Of a stretch of 64,000 nt of DNA, positions 39,900 through 49,465 are shown piece after piece (positions within the stretch are counted from its first letter, which is position 1; each line of letters begins with the position of its first letter). A program made the position numbers and the translations under genes. Under the pieces are notes generated by a model. The model had not been told where the DNA came from and did no database searches. It saw only the letters and a program-made list of their open reading frames with translations. This stretch comes from Armatimonadota bacterium (GTDB lineage Bacteria; Armatimonadota; SYMT01), in the NCBI GenBank assembly GCA_041690135.1, contig JAWLHY010000005.1, positions 307,261 to 371,260 on the forward strand, in the 5' to 3' direction.

Positions 39900-40209
39900 A
39901 CACGAAAATCACTCTAAGGATCGCGTGCCGCACAACCACAATTGTCGTAATTAATTAACGGAGAGAAAACGGGTCCCCCACCCGTCGGGGTGGAGTGACT
40001 TGAAAGAAACCGGCACGCCACTGGCCCTGACAATCAGGAAACACGTCGCAGTTTGACGTCGACAGGCTTTCGCCGTGGCGCCAACGCTCCCCCGAACGTG
40101 GGTGATTCCGGCGGGATGCTGGTTTCAGCAACTCACCGGAGGGGCAAGCCACAGCGAAGGGCCAGCTCGGATCTCGCTCTTGGGCGGATCCGGAGGGGAA
40201 CACTGTAAG

Positions 40210-40509
40210 ATGCAAATCTCAACCGAGCAAATAGATGCGATCAAGAGGACCGTCTCCCAGCCTCGCACGGAGGCCGCAAAAGCCCCGGCAGGCAATGTCG
40301 CGGAACTTGCGGCGGCCTACGGCGTGAAGATGGACGAAGTCCGCCGGTTTACGGAAATGACGCTGGCGGCGGAAGACGATCCGTTTCGCGCGCGCCGTCT
40401 CCGGGAAATCGCCCGCAAGGTTCAGGACGGCTCCTACCAGGTGGACGCGGACGCCATCGTCGACATGGCAGAGCGCCGCGCGATCGCGGACCGTGCCGCG
40501 GATCTCTGA
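40210..40509 (+). CDS. flgM: Anti-sigma-28 factor FlgM-like protein
   Basis: RARRLREIARKVQDGSYQVDADAI C-terminal motif; RBS GGAGGGG. Confidence 0.7.
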   Translation: MQISTEQIDAIKRTVSQPRTEAAKAPAGNVAELAAAYGVKMDEVRRFTEMTLAAEDDPFRARRLREIARKVQDGSYQVDADAIVDMAERRAIADRAADL

Positions 40510-40620
40510 TCCCGTTGGTCACCTCGCCTCCGTGATGATGCGGGAGCGGTGAGGCCGATATTGGGGTATTTGACCTCGCATACCACCCGCCGGACTCCGG
40601 TCCGGCGGTGAACATACCGG

Positions 40621-40648
40621 CGGGAAGGCCAAATGGCCTTCCCGTTTT
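40621..40648 (+). terminator. Intrinsic terminator
   Basis: cgggaaggcc-aaat-ggccttcccg-tttt. Confidence 0.7.
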
Positions 40649-40754
40649 GCATGGCTGAGACGGCCGGCGGATGATTTGCCGAGGCAGCCGACTCCTATCC
40701 GGGTCGCATTCCCGCCGACAAGGTGAGTGACACTCGAACTGGCAGTGAGGTCGG

Positions 40755-41798
40755 ATGGAAGGCACAAAACCACAGAGCGGACCTGACAGCAGGTATAGAA
40801 GATTCTTCAACGGAGCCCTCATTGCGGTGGTGTGGCTCACCGCGGGGGGATGGCTGCTCAAGGATCGTCTCCAGCCGCGGTTCGTGCTCGTCGATTCCCG
40901 CCTCGACCTGGGCCGGGTGAATGCCGGAGCCTCCGCAGAAGCCCGGTTCCGGGTGGAGAACCGCGGCCTGGCGCCTCTCCGCATCCACCAGGTCGTGGGG
41001 AGCTGCGGCTGCCTCACGCCCGAATATCCCGAGTCCATTCCTCCCTTCGGGAACGCGGAGATCCGCACCCGCTTCGAGCCGCTTCCCCAGTGGAACGGGC
41101 CGATGGACAAGGTGCTTACGATCCGCACCAGCGACCCTGCCCACCGGGAAGTGCAGGCGCATCTGCTCGCGAATGTGCAGGGCCTGGTCCGCCGCGAGCC
41201 CCCTGACTTGCCCCCGGTTGCCTATCGCTATGGTGAGACGCGACGTGAGCAGATTCGGCTCACTCCGCGGCCCGGGAGCGGAGTTCGGCTCACCGGCGCC
41301 ACTTCCGATGCCGCCTTCATCCGGCCCCGCCTGATTCCCCCGGTCGCTGGCAAACCGGACGGCGCATCCACCCTGGAGGTGACCGTCGGCCCCTGCAACA
41401 TGGTGGGTGACTTCAGCCTCCCGGTCCGCGTGACCACTACCGATCCGCAGATCCCGCACATGGACGTGATGGTGATGGGCATGGCGGCTTCCGGCCCGGT
41501 CCTTAACCCCATCCGGATCTTCATGTCCACCGTCCGCCCCGGCAACCCCGGCGACGAGATCGTCCAGGCTCGCGTCTTCACCCGCGAGGGTAAGTTGCGG
41601 GTACTGGACGCACGCACCACCCTCCCTACCCTCAAGGTGCGAATTGTTGAAGACGAGCCCGGCCGCACCTTCCTGCTGAACCTCTTCCAGACCGAAACAC
41701 TCAAGTCGGGTCCCCACGAAGGCCGCCTTATCGTCGAAACCGACGCCCCCGGCCCCGGCAAGACGCTCTCCGTCCCTATTCACCTCACCGTGAAATAG
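40755..41798 (+). CDS. DUF1573 / Ig-like domain membrane-anchored protein
   Basis: N-terminal TM; DLGRV..FRVENRG..SCGC..SDP. Confidence 0.8.
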   Translation: MEGTKPQSGPDSRYRRFFNGALIAVVWLTAGGWLLKDRLQPRFVLVDSRLDLGRVNAGASAEARFRVENRGLAPLRIHQVVGSCGCLTPEYPESIPPFGNAEIRTRFEPLPQWNGPMDKVLTIRTSDPAHREVQAHLLANVQGLVRREPPDLPPVAYRYGETRREQIRLTPRPGSGVRLTGATSDAAFIRPRLIPPVAGKPDGASTLEVTVGPCNMVGDFSLPVRVTTTDPQIPHMDVMVMGMAASGPVLNPIRIFMSTVRPGNPGDEIVQARVFTREGKLRVLDARTTLPTLKVRIVEDEPGRTFLLNLFQTETLKSGPHEGRLIVETDAPGPGKTLSVPIHLTVK

Positions 41799-41885
41799 GT
41801 GGTGGCGTGGTGAGGGGTGAAGTGTGAGGAGAGAGGTGCGAGGTGATGAAAGGGGTGAAGGGCGGAGGTGCGAGGTTCGAAGGCG
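41799..41885 (+). repeat. Degenerate heptamer tandem repeat (ggggtga/ggtgcga)
   Basis: Read directly; begins right after the stop codon. Confidence 0.65.
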
Positions 41886-41968
41886 GTGCAACGATCTAAC
41901 CGGTCTCGCAATGACGATCTAAAGCGTCGGGAAGCATAGACGTCGCTCTTGTAAGCACTTGATCCGTG

Positions 41969-42580
41969 CTATTCGCTTCGGGGCCGGCGCAGTTCCCACA
42001 ACTGGACCTCTCCCAGATCCCGCATCTGGACCCGCCAGCCGGAGCGTTCGGCGAGGACGAAGAAGTCGAGGCTCATGGGGCGGCCAGGGTCGGCGATCAG
42101 GGCCGCGCCTTCCGGGGCCACGGCCTGGTTCAGCACTTCCAGCAGGGGGGCATGCGAGGCGCGTTCGTAGGCCAGGTCGCTCCCCAGGACCAGGGGCCAG
42201 GGTTCCCGGAAAGGCCACTGGTGCCAGTCGGCGGCGACATGCCGCACGTCGGTGAGACCGTTCCGGCGGGAGTTCGCGCGGGCCGCCGCCACCGCTTCGG
42301 GAAAGAGATCCGTTTGCGTGACCTTCGCCCCCATCGCCGCCGCCGCCAGTCCGGCCAGACCGACTCCACAGCCCAGTTCCAATACGCGGGTACCCCTCCA
42401 GTCGTCCCGTTCGACGATCCACCGGGCCAGGGCCGGCGCTGCGTCCCACACCACCGCCCAGAAGGGGATGCGGTCCGGATCGGTCCTGTCCGTCACCAGG
42501 CGGTCCAGGCTTGGAGCGGCCGCGATTTCGAGGTTCACCTCGCGATGATTGAAGTCATAAGGCTCGGTTGAAAACTCCAT
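41969..42580 (-). CDS. Class I SAM methyltransferase (Methyltransf_16, protein-lysine type)
   Basis: PFWAVVW; VLELGCGVG; GSDLAY; ADPGR. Confidence 0.88.
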   Translation of the reverse strand: MEFSTEPYDFNHREVNLEIAAAPSLDRLVTDRTDPDRIPFWAVVWDAAPALARWIVERDDWRGTRVLELGCGVGLAGLAAAAMGAKVTQTDLFPEAVAAARANSRRNGLTDVRHVAADWHQWPFREPWPLVLGSDLAYERASHAPLLEVLNQAVAPEGAALIADPGRPMSLDFFVLAERSGWRVQMRDLGEVQLWELRRPRSE

Positions 42581-42690
42581 AGCGGCTATTACCTTGCGGC
42601 CAATTCTCTCCGGGTGGAATGGATTAGGACTAGATTACGATGAGGATGAGGATCCCCGCTTCTCGCCATGACTAACGTGTCTGTTGTTAT

Positions 42691-42746
42691 ACGGCCTGAA
42701 AGCCTGACGGCCTGAACACCCGATCACCTGCACACCCGAACACCGC
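42691..42746 (+). repeat. Octamer tandem repeat (acggcctg/aacacccg) x7
   Basis: Read directly. Confidence 0.75.
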
Positions 42747-42806
42747 CAATCTTTTACCGTCACCTTTTCCTTCCGACCCCGTTATGTAGCGCATAGCCGG
42801 CTGTGT

Positions 42807-42956
42807 GGAAGGGCGGGGGAACGGAGTTGGCCCCGAGTCCGGAGGCTGGCCGCCTGAGGGCGGCCTGGGGCGAGAAGCCATGGGTCATCCCTGGGCAGGC
42901 TCGCACCTCCGGTCGAATCCGGGGATTTCGGGATAAGTCGAGCCCCCTGCCCTTCC
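42807..42956 (+). ncRNA. Candidate structured RNA (6S-like geometry possible)
   Basis: 13-bp closing stem, large bubble, nested ccccg/cgggg and ccggagg/cctccgg stems, two apical hairpins. Confidence 0.35.
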
Positions 42957-43035
42957 CGCCGTTCCGACGAAGGGAGGATCGATGGCGCGCTCTTCAACCC
43001 TTTCTCCGCCGCAAGGGGCTGGTGAGGGAGCTTCA

Positions 43036-43065
43036 TTGCAAAGCGAAGTTGCATGGCACTATAAT
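43036..43065 (+). promoter_or_regulatory. Sigma-70-type promoter
   Basis: TTGCAA-N18-TATAAT. Confidence 0.6.
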
Positions 43066-43179
43066 AGGTGGCTGGGGCGGTGGCGTGCGCAGGATAATTC
43101 CCCCGCCGCGCGTGAATTCCCGGATGCGGACGGTACCGTGCTCCAAGCCGTAACCTCCGCGGCGGCTGCAAGGGACGTC

Positions 43180-43812
43180 ATGGCCTTCGACGAGAGCGAC
43201 CGAACCCTGGTAGAACGCGTGAAGGCCGGCGACGTCCGCGCCTTCGAGATGCTGCACCGGCGTTACTACGCCCGCATCTACCGCTTCGCCTTGATGCGTA
43301 TGGGGAACGCCGAGGATGCCGCCGACGTGGCGTCCACCACTTTCATCAAGGCGCTGAACCGCCTCGATTCCTTCCAGTTCCGCCGCACCGCATCCATTTA
43401 CCCCTGGCTCCACCAGATTGCCAGCAATTGCGTCATTGACGCTATTAGAACCCGGCCCGCCGGGGGTATGCTGTCTTTGGACGCGCAGGCCGCGGAGGAC
43501 GTCGACTCCTTCCTCGAGTATCTACCGGCGGATGGGCCTTCCGCCCAGGAACTGGTGGAACGGGACGAAGTACGTGGGATCGTGCTGCAGGCGATCGATC
43601 AGTTGCCGGCAGACCAGGCGCGGGCCGTGGCCCTGAGGTTCCTGGACGATCAGTCCATCCGTGAGATCGCACAGGCGCTGGAGCGTTCGGAAGGGGCCGT
43701 AAAGAGCCTGCTTCATCGCGCTCTGCAGGGCCTGCGACAACATCTGAAGTCTACGGTGGCCAACGCGAAAGCCGCAGCCGTCAGCACGCCGCAGAAGACG
43801 CGGCGCGGGTAA
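43180..43812 (+). CDS. ECF sigma-70 factor
   Basis: GDVRAFEML; DAADV; WLHQIASN; SEGAVKSLLHRA; start chosen downstream of the promoter. Confidence 0.9.
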   Translation: MAFDESDRTLVERVKAGDVRAFEMLHRRYYARIYRFALMRMGNAEDAADVASTTFIKALNRLDSFQFRRTASIYPWLHQIASNCVIDAIRTRPAGGMLSLDAQAAEDVDSFLEYLPADGPSAQELVERDEVRGIVLQAIDQLPADQARAVALRFLDDQSIREIAQALERSEGAVKSLLHRALQGLRQHLKSTVANAKAAAVSTPQKTRRG

Positions 43813-43819
43813 CTCGAAA

Positions 43820-44131
43820 ATGTCCCAGAAGTCATCCACCTTTATCCAGGCGACTCGTGAGCGCGAGACGTGGCTGCCCTCGACCCTGGAAAGGGAACAG
43901 GGGAATGCGAACGACGCCGAACCACTGATCGCCACCGCGGCCCTGCTGCGGGGCGTGATGGAGTCGATCCCCGTGCCTGAAGAGGCCGAGGAGCAGTCGC
44001 GGGCGGCGGCCGTGGCGCACATGCAGCGGATGTTGATCGAGCGCGGGCGAAGCACCCAGGCCCAGGCTCCGTGGTATCTCCGCCTCGGACACTTCATGCG
44101 CTACGTTTTCACCCTCGGGCGCAGGCGGTGA
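43820..44131 (+). CDS. Hypothetical protein (possible anti-sigma factor)
   Basis: Tight spacing after the ECF gene; amphipathic C-terminus. Confidence 0.6.
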   Translation: MSQKSSTFIQATRERETWLPSTLEREQGNANDAEPLIATAALLRGVMESIPVPEEAEEQSRAAAVAHMQRMLIERGRSTQAQAPWYLRLGHFMRYVFTLGRRR

Positions 44132-44138
44132 TAGACGC

Positions 44139-45035
44139 GTGCCGGTAGTAGTTGGCGTCAGTTTCAGACCGGCGGGCCGAATCTACTCATTCGACCCAGG
44201 AGATCTCCAACTCTCCCGCGGCGATCGGGTGATCACGGAGACGGCGCGTGGCGTCGAATTCGCGGAAGTCAAGCACGCCCCACGGGAAGTCCGGGATGAT
44301 CAGGTCATCTTGCCACTGAAGCGGATCGTGCGCCTCGCCACCCCGGAGGATCTGGCGCAGGTGGAAGCGAACCGGTTGGAAGCGGAAGCGGCCCTGGAAG
44401 CGGCGCGAGAACGCGTCGCCATCCACGCGCTGCCGATGAAGTTGCTGCGCTCCGAGTACACCTTCGATCGGTCGCAGATCACCATCTACTTCGCCGCGGA
44501 GGGCCGCATCGACTTCCGGGAACTGGTCAAAGACCTGGCCGCCGCGCTCCGCACCCGGATTCAGTTGCACCAACTGGGGGCCCGGGACGTGGCCAAGCTC
44601 GTGGGCGGCATTGGCCCCTGTGGCCGGGCTCTCTGCTGCAGCACCTGGTTGACTTCCTTCGAGCCCGTCTCCATGAAGATGGCGAAGGAGCAGAGCCTGT
44701 TCCTCAATCCCTCCAAGTTCAGCGGCGTCTGCGGCAAGCTGATGTGTTGCCTGCGGTACGAGTACGACCACTACCGCGAGACCAAGGCCCAGATGCCGTC
44801 GGTCGGCGCCGACGTGAATACCCCGGACGGCCGAGGGAAGGTCGTCGGCCACAACATCATGAAGGAGGCGGTCATCGTCGGCTTTGGCGATGGGCGCGAG
44901 GCGGAATATCCCGCCGGTGAGGTGGAGCGGCCGATCGTCCGCGGCTGTAACGTGCTGGCCGGTGGATCATGTGTTGGCGGCTGCGGTACCCGGAAACGGA
45001 GCCCGGAGCCGGAGCCCGACGAAACGGAAGATTAG
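44139..45035 (+). CDS. ricT: PSP1 / RicT (YaaT) family protein
   Basis: RIDFRELVKDLA; GGIGPCGRALCC; KMAKEQ; SGVCGKLMCCLRYE. Confidence 0.93.
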   Translation: MPVVVGVSFRPAGRIYSFDPGDLQLSRGDRVITETARGVEFAEVKHAPREVRDDQVILPLKRIVRLATPEDLAQVEANRLEAEAALEAARERVAIHALPMKLLRSEYTFDRSQITIYFAAEGRIDFRELVKDLAAALRTRIQLHQLGARDVAKLVGGIGPCGRALCCSTWLTSFEPVSMKMAKEQSLFLNPSKFSGVCGKLMCCLRYEYDHYRETKAQMPSVGADVNTPDGRGKVVGHNIMKEAVIVGFGDGREAEYPAGEVERPIVRGCNVLAGGSCVGGCGTRKRSPEPEPDETED

Positions 45036-45046
45036 GTCGGGGCCGA

Positions 45047-45110
45047 GGCGGGCGAGACGCCCGCCCCACTCCACCCCTCACCTCACTGGCGGGCGAGACG
45101 CCCGCGCTCC
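45047..45110. repeat. Two REP-like palindromes GCGGGCGAGACGCCCGC
   Basis: Copies at 45047-45065 and 45089-45110. Confidence 0.75.
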
Positions 45111-45172
45111 TTCCCGCATTGCGGTTCGCGGCGGTAACTGGTAAAGTTCCCTGCGTAGGGGTCCATTCCGCG

Positions 45173-45196
45173 GGCGCCGGGCAACCGGCGCCTTTT
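45173..45196 (+). terminator. Terminator-like hairpin 65 nt upstream of metG
   Basis: ggcgccgg-gcaa-ccggcgcc-tttt. Confidence 0.5.
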
Positions 45197-45261
45197 GCAC
45201 GCCCCGCCCGAATTCAGGCCAAAACCATCCGGTCGGCCCCAGTCCATAGGAGGCAACGGAT

Positions 45262-47265
45262 ATGTCGCGTTTCTACATCACCACCCCGATCTACTACGTC
45301 AACGATATCCCGCACATCGGAACCACCTACACGACGGTAGCGGCGGACATCCTGGCGCGGTTCCATCGGATGCGTGGTGAGGAAGTGCTATTCGCCACGG
45401 GGACGGATGAGAACGCCACCAAGGTTGTTCAGGCCGCCGAGCAGCGAGGTAAGGACCCGCGTACGTTCGTGGACGAGATGGCGGAGAACTTCAAAAAGGC
45501 GTGGGCCGACCTGAACATCAACTACGATGTCTTCATCCGGACCACCGAAGACCGCCACACCCGCGCCGTGCAGGCCTTCTTTGAGACGGTGCAGCAGCGA
45601 GGGGACATTTACAAGGGCCCCTACGAGGGTTGGTACTGCGTCTCCTGCGAAACGTTCTTCACCGCCGAGGAGGCGCCGGAGGTCAATGGCGAGCGCCGCT
45701 GTCCCGACGTGCCCCAGCACGCGCCGCTCAAGCTGGTACAGGAAGAGAACTACTTCTTTGCGCTTTCCCGCTACGGGGATCGCCTGCTCGAGTGGATCGA
45801 GGCGCACCCGGAGTTCCTCCAGCCGGAGTTCCGGAAGAACGAAGTCATCGCGTTCATCAAGCAGGGGCTCCGGGACGTCTGCATCACCCGCTCCGCCACG
45901 AATTGGGGGATCCCGGTTCCCGGCGACCCGTCGCAGGTGGTTTACGTCTGGTTCGACGCGCTCATCAACTACATCACGGTCGCCGGGTATCCGGACCGTA
46001 CCGGGGACCTCGCAAAGTGGTGGCCCGCCGACCTGCACCTGGTGGGCAAGGACATCTACGTGCGGTTCCACTGCACCCTCTGGCCGGCGATGTTGATGGC
46101 GGCGGGGTTGGAGCCTCCCCGGCAGGTGTTCGGGCACGGCTTCTGGATGAGCGAGGGGATCAAGATCTCCAAGACTCTCGGCAACATGATCGAGCCGCTA
46201 AAGCTGGTGAATGCGCTGGCGGAGATCGTCGGTGCCCGGCGGGAGATCGCGGTCGATGCCATCCGCTACTACCTGTTTCGGGAGATGCCTTTCGGCGAGG
46301 ATGGGAATTTCCAGCGCGCCAACCTGCTCCAGCGGTTCAACAGCGACCTGGCGAACGACCTGGGGAACGCCCTGAACCGCTCCCTGTCGATGACCCGGCA
46401 GAACTTCGAGCTCCGGGTGCCGTCGCCCCAGGAAAGCGAAACACGACTGGAAGAACTGGCCCGGGCTACTCATCCGCGGGTGACCGCCGCACTCGAGGCG
46501 CTCGATTTTCAGGGGGCTCTAGTGGCCGCGACGGAGTACGTCAGTGCCATCAACGGCTACCTGGCGGAGCGCGCGCCGTGGATCCTGGCGCGTGAAGGAA
46601 AGAGCGAGGAGCTCGGAGGCGTTCTTTATCACGCCCTGGAGGCCCTCCGGGTGGCTTCCACCTGGTTGGCGCCCTTTATGCCGGAGGCGATGGCGGAGGT
46701 GCGCCGCCAGTTGGGCCTGGGTGTGCTGGCTCCGGAGTGGAATTCGGCGGGGGAATGGGGCCTCCTTCAGCCGGGAGAAGTACTGGAAGAGCCGGCGCCC
46801 ATCTTCCCGAGGATAGACAAGAAGGTTATGGAAGAAGCACTCAAACAACTGGATCAGAAATCCGGCGCGGCGCCGGCCGAGCCGGCGCCTGCGGCGAAGG
46901 AGAAGGCAGCCCCCGCACCAGCCGCGGAGCCGGAAGCGCCGGCTACGATCAGCATCGACGACTTCATCAAGGTGGAACTCCGTGTCGCGGAGGTCTTGAG
47001 CGCCGAGCGGGTACCCAAGTCGGACAAGCTCCTGCACCTGAAGGTTAGCCTGGGCGATGAGGAGCGTTCCGTGCTTGCCGGGATGGCCGAGTACTACGAG
47101 CCGGAGGCGCTGGTCGGCCGGAAAGTGATCATGGTCGCCAACCTGGCCCCGCGGAAAATGCGCGGCCTGATGTCCGAAGGCATGCTGCTGGCGGCGGAAG
47201 CGGACGGGAAGGTGAGCCTGCTCCAGCCGGACCAGGATCTCCCCGCCGGGGCCCGGATCCGCTAA
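45262..47265 (+). CDS. metG: Methionine--tRNA ligase with C-terminal tRNA-binding domain
   Basis: ITTPIYY..PHIG; YVWFDAL; KISKT; ANLAPRKM..SEGM. Confidence 0.97.
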   Translation: MSRFYITTPIYYVNDIPHIGTTYTTVAADILARFHRMRGEEVLFATGTDENATKVVQAAEQRGKDPRTFVDEMAENFKKAWADLNINYDVFIRTTEDRHTRAVQAFFETVQQRGDIYKGPYEGWYCVSCETFFTAEEAPEVNGERRCPDVPQHAPLKLVQEENYFFALSRYGDRLLEWIEAHPEFLQPEFRKNEVIAFIKQGLRDVCITRSATNWGIPVPGDPSQVVYVWFDALINYITVAGYPDRTGDLAKWWPADLHLVGKDIYVRFHCTLWPAMLMAAGLEPPRQVFGHGFWMSEGIKISKTLGNMIEPLKLVNALAEIVGARREIAVDAIRYYLFREMPFGEDGNFQRANLLQRFNSDLANDLGNALNRSLSMTRQNFELRVPSPQESETRLEELARATHPRVTAALEALDFQGALVAATEYVSAINGYLAERAPWILAREGKSEELGGVLYHALEALRVASTWLAPFMPEAMAEVRRQLGLGVLAPEWNSAGEWGLLQPGEVLEEPAPIFPRIDKKVMEEALKQLDQKSGAAPAEPAPAAKEKAAPAPAAEPEAPATISIDDFIKVELRVAEVLSAERVPKSDKLLHLKVSLGDEERSVLAGMAEYYEPEALVGRKVIMVANLAPRKMRGLMSEGMLLAAEADGKVSLLQPDQDLPAGARIR

Positions 47266-47280
47266 GGGACCGGATACTCA

Positions 47281-47318
47281 CCACGGAGACACGGAGAAGG
47301 ACACGGAGCGCCACGGAG
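47281..47318 (+). repeat. CACGGAG periodic repeat x4
   Basis: ccacggagacacggagaaggacacggagcgccacggag. Confidence 0.75.
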
Positions 47319-47360
47319 TTTGGGGTCGCGAGTTAGAGGCGTCTGGTAATCGAGGACAAG

Positions 47361-47397
47361 TGAGGATCCTCGGCGGTTCCTTTGCCGAGGATCCTCA
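47361..47397. terminator. Perfect 14-bp inverted repeat between convergent genes
   Basis: tgaggatcctcggc / gccgaggatcctca. Confidence 0.6.
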
Positions 47398-47569
47398 GGA
47401 ATTATTCGCGGACGGCGCCGGTTCCACGCGGATTCCGCTTGCTTTGCTCGCGGCCTCCCCAGGGCACGGATGCCGCGTCTCTCGTCGCAGCTGCGGACAG
47501 CGCTAAAACGCCTGGCCACAAGCCAGCGCAAATCTGGTTCCAACCTGCGGAGCGACTTTCCCCAACCGC

Positions 47570-48775
47570 TCAGTACGCGGCTCGAAGAATCTGTTCGATG
47601 TCGTCAACCGTCGCCTGCCGTGGGTTGACCCGTAGGAGGCGCTGGAAGGCACTGGAGGCCTCCGCAAACCCGCGGAGTTGCTCCTCCCGCACGCCGATAT
47701 CGCGGAGCCGTTCCGGAATACCGACCTCGCGCCGGAGGTTCCGGACGGCTTCAATCGCGGCATCGGCCGCCGCTTCGGGGGTTTTGCCGCGAGTGTCCGC
47801 GCCCAGGATCTCGGCGATGCGCCCCATCGTCTCGATCCGCTCGGGCTTGTTGAACTCCATCACATAGGGGAGCAGCAGGCCATTGCCCCGGCCGTGCGGG
47901 CAGTGCGCCGCGGTGCCGATGGGGAACTCCAGGGCGTGGACCAGCGCCACCCCGATGTTACCGAAGGCGAGCCCCGCCAGCAGGGAGGCCAGGTGCATCC
48001 CCTCCCTCGCGGCGAGGTTGCTTCCCTCTTTCACCGCCGTGGGCAGGTGCTGCCCCACCAGGTGGATGGCCTTCTCCGCCAGGTACTCGCCCAGCGGATG
48101 GCGGCCCTGGTAGATCGTCACCTCTCCGGGCGGCAGCGGGAACGTCTCATTGTCCACCGCGGTGTAGGCTTCGATGGCGTGGGTCAAGGCGTCGATGCCG
48201 CTGTCGGCGGTCACGCTCGGCGGGCAGGATAGGGTCAACAATGGGTCGACGATGGCCACCAGGGGGCGAAGGTAGTTGCTCAGGACCCCGAACTTCACGT
48301 TCCGATCGGTGTCTTTGAGCACCGTGGCCGCGGAGACCTCGGAGCCGGTGCCCGCCGTGGTGCTGATGGCGATCAGCGGCGCGATCGGTCCGGGGATCTT
48401 GCTATCCCCCATGTAATCGCCGGGGTGCCCGCCATGGGCCATCAGGACCGCCACGATCTTCGCGAGGTCCATGTTGCTGCCGCCGCCAAGCCCGATCACC
48501 ACGTCCGGTTGGGTCTCCGCGGCCAGCGCCCGGCATTCCAGCGCGGCACGGATGGTCGGTTCCGGTTCTCCACCGTCGTAGAGCGTTACGGCCACTCCGG
48601 CAGTCTCCAGCGAGTCCCGGATCGGATCGGCCAGGCCTGCGCCGAGGAGCACCGGGTCGGTGATCAACAGGGCTCGTGTCGCTCCCTGTGAGCGCGCGAT
48701 CTCGCCGGTCTGGCCGGCCGCGTGCGCCCCAAACACAATCCGCCCGGCACTCTGAAAACTCCAGATGGTTCGCAC
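47570..48775 (-). CDS. Iron-containing alcohol dehydrogenase
   Basis: GGGSNMD; TTAGTGSE; DALTHAIE; VHAL; PHG. Confidence 0.93.
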   Translation of the reverse strand: MRTIWSFQSAGRIVFGAHAAGQTGEIARSQGATRALLITDPVLLGAGLADPIRDSLETAGVAVTLYDGGEPEPTIRAALECRALAAETQPDVVIGLGGGSNMDLAKIVAVLMAHGGHPGDYMGDSKIPGPIAPLIAISTTAGTGSEVSAATVLKDTDRNVKFGVLSNYLRPLVAIVDPLLTLSCPPSVTADSGIDALTHAIEAYTAVDNETFPLPPGEVTIYQGRHPLGEYLAEKAIHLVGQHLPTAVKEGSNLAAREGMHLASLLAGLAFGNIGVALVHALEFPIGTAAHCPHGRGNGLLLPYVMEFNKPERIETMGRIAEILGADTRGKTPEAAADAAIEAVRNLRREVGIPERLRDIGVREEQLRGFAEASSAFQRLLRVNPRQATVDDIEQILRAAY

Positions 48776-48790
48776 CCCTTAAGCCCTCCC

Positions 48791-48823
48791 CTTATCCTTA
48801 TCTTTATCCTTATCCCCTTATCC
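48791..48823 (+). repeat. Hexamer tandem repeat (CTTATC); similar tracts near 6553, 17711 and 30373
   Basis: cttatccttatctttatccttatccccttatcc. Confidence 0.75.
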
Positions 48824-49384
48824 GCCGGGGCTCGGCACCCATGGGCTCTCCGCGTGACCGGCCTGGTGGTTGGCGTAGCGGGCGAGGGTGAAGAGGAGAT
48901 CGGAAAGGCGGTTGAGATAAACGATGGCGTCCGGGTTGATGCTCTCTTTCCCCGCCGCGGCGACCACGGCACGCTCGGCCCGACGACAGACGCACCGCGC
49001 CAGGTGGAGATACGCCGCCAGCGGAGTGCCGCCGGGCAGCACGAAGTAGGAGAGCTCCGGAACGCCCTCTTCGTGGCGGTCGATCAGGGCCTCCAGTTCC
49101 GCGCACATACCTTCCGAAACGCGTTGGACCGGCTTCTTTCCCACCGTATCTCCCTCTTCGAGCGGAGTGGCGAGGTCGGAGCCGACGACGAACAGTTCGG
49201 ATTGGAGGCTCTCCAGCAGGGTGCGGAGATGCTCCTCCGCGCAGTGCGCCACGCAGATCCCGAGGATCGCGTTTAATTCGTCCACATCTCCGTAGGCTTC
49301 GACGCGAGGGTGGCTCTTCGCCACCCTCTGTCCGCCGAAAAGGCCGGTCTCACCCTGGTCACCGGTCCGCGTGTAGATTCGCAT
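48818..49384 (-). CDS. ATP:cob(I)alamin adenosyltransferase (PduO type)
   Basis: IYTRTGDQGET; AYGDVDELN; FVLPGG; RRAER; YLNRLSD. Confidence 0.94.
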   Translation of the reverse strand: MRIYTRTGDQGETGLFGGQRVAKSHPRVEAYGDVDELNAILGICVAHCAEEHLRTLLESLQSELFVVGSDLATPLEEGDTVGKKPVQRVSEGMCAELEALIDRHEEGVPELSYFVLPGGTPLAAYLHLARCVCRRAERAVVAAAGKESINPDAIVYLNRLSDLLFTLARYANHQAGHAESPWVPSPGG

Positions 49385-49465
49385 CCGAATACTCCGTCTT
49401 GCGCCTGTTCCAGGCGGAATCCTCTCGGAGGTCCACACCCGGCCTGGTAAGTAGGGTAGGCAGGA

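Noticed and set aside
42982-43179. N-terminal extension of the ECF sigma factor in the ORF track
   Set aside because: It spans a good sigma-70 promoter; ATG 43180 is the more plausible start
45111-45261. T-box or SAM riboswitch upstream of metG
   Set aside because: No GGTGGNACCGCG T-box or SAM-I core; only a terminator-like hairpin
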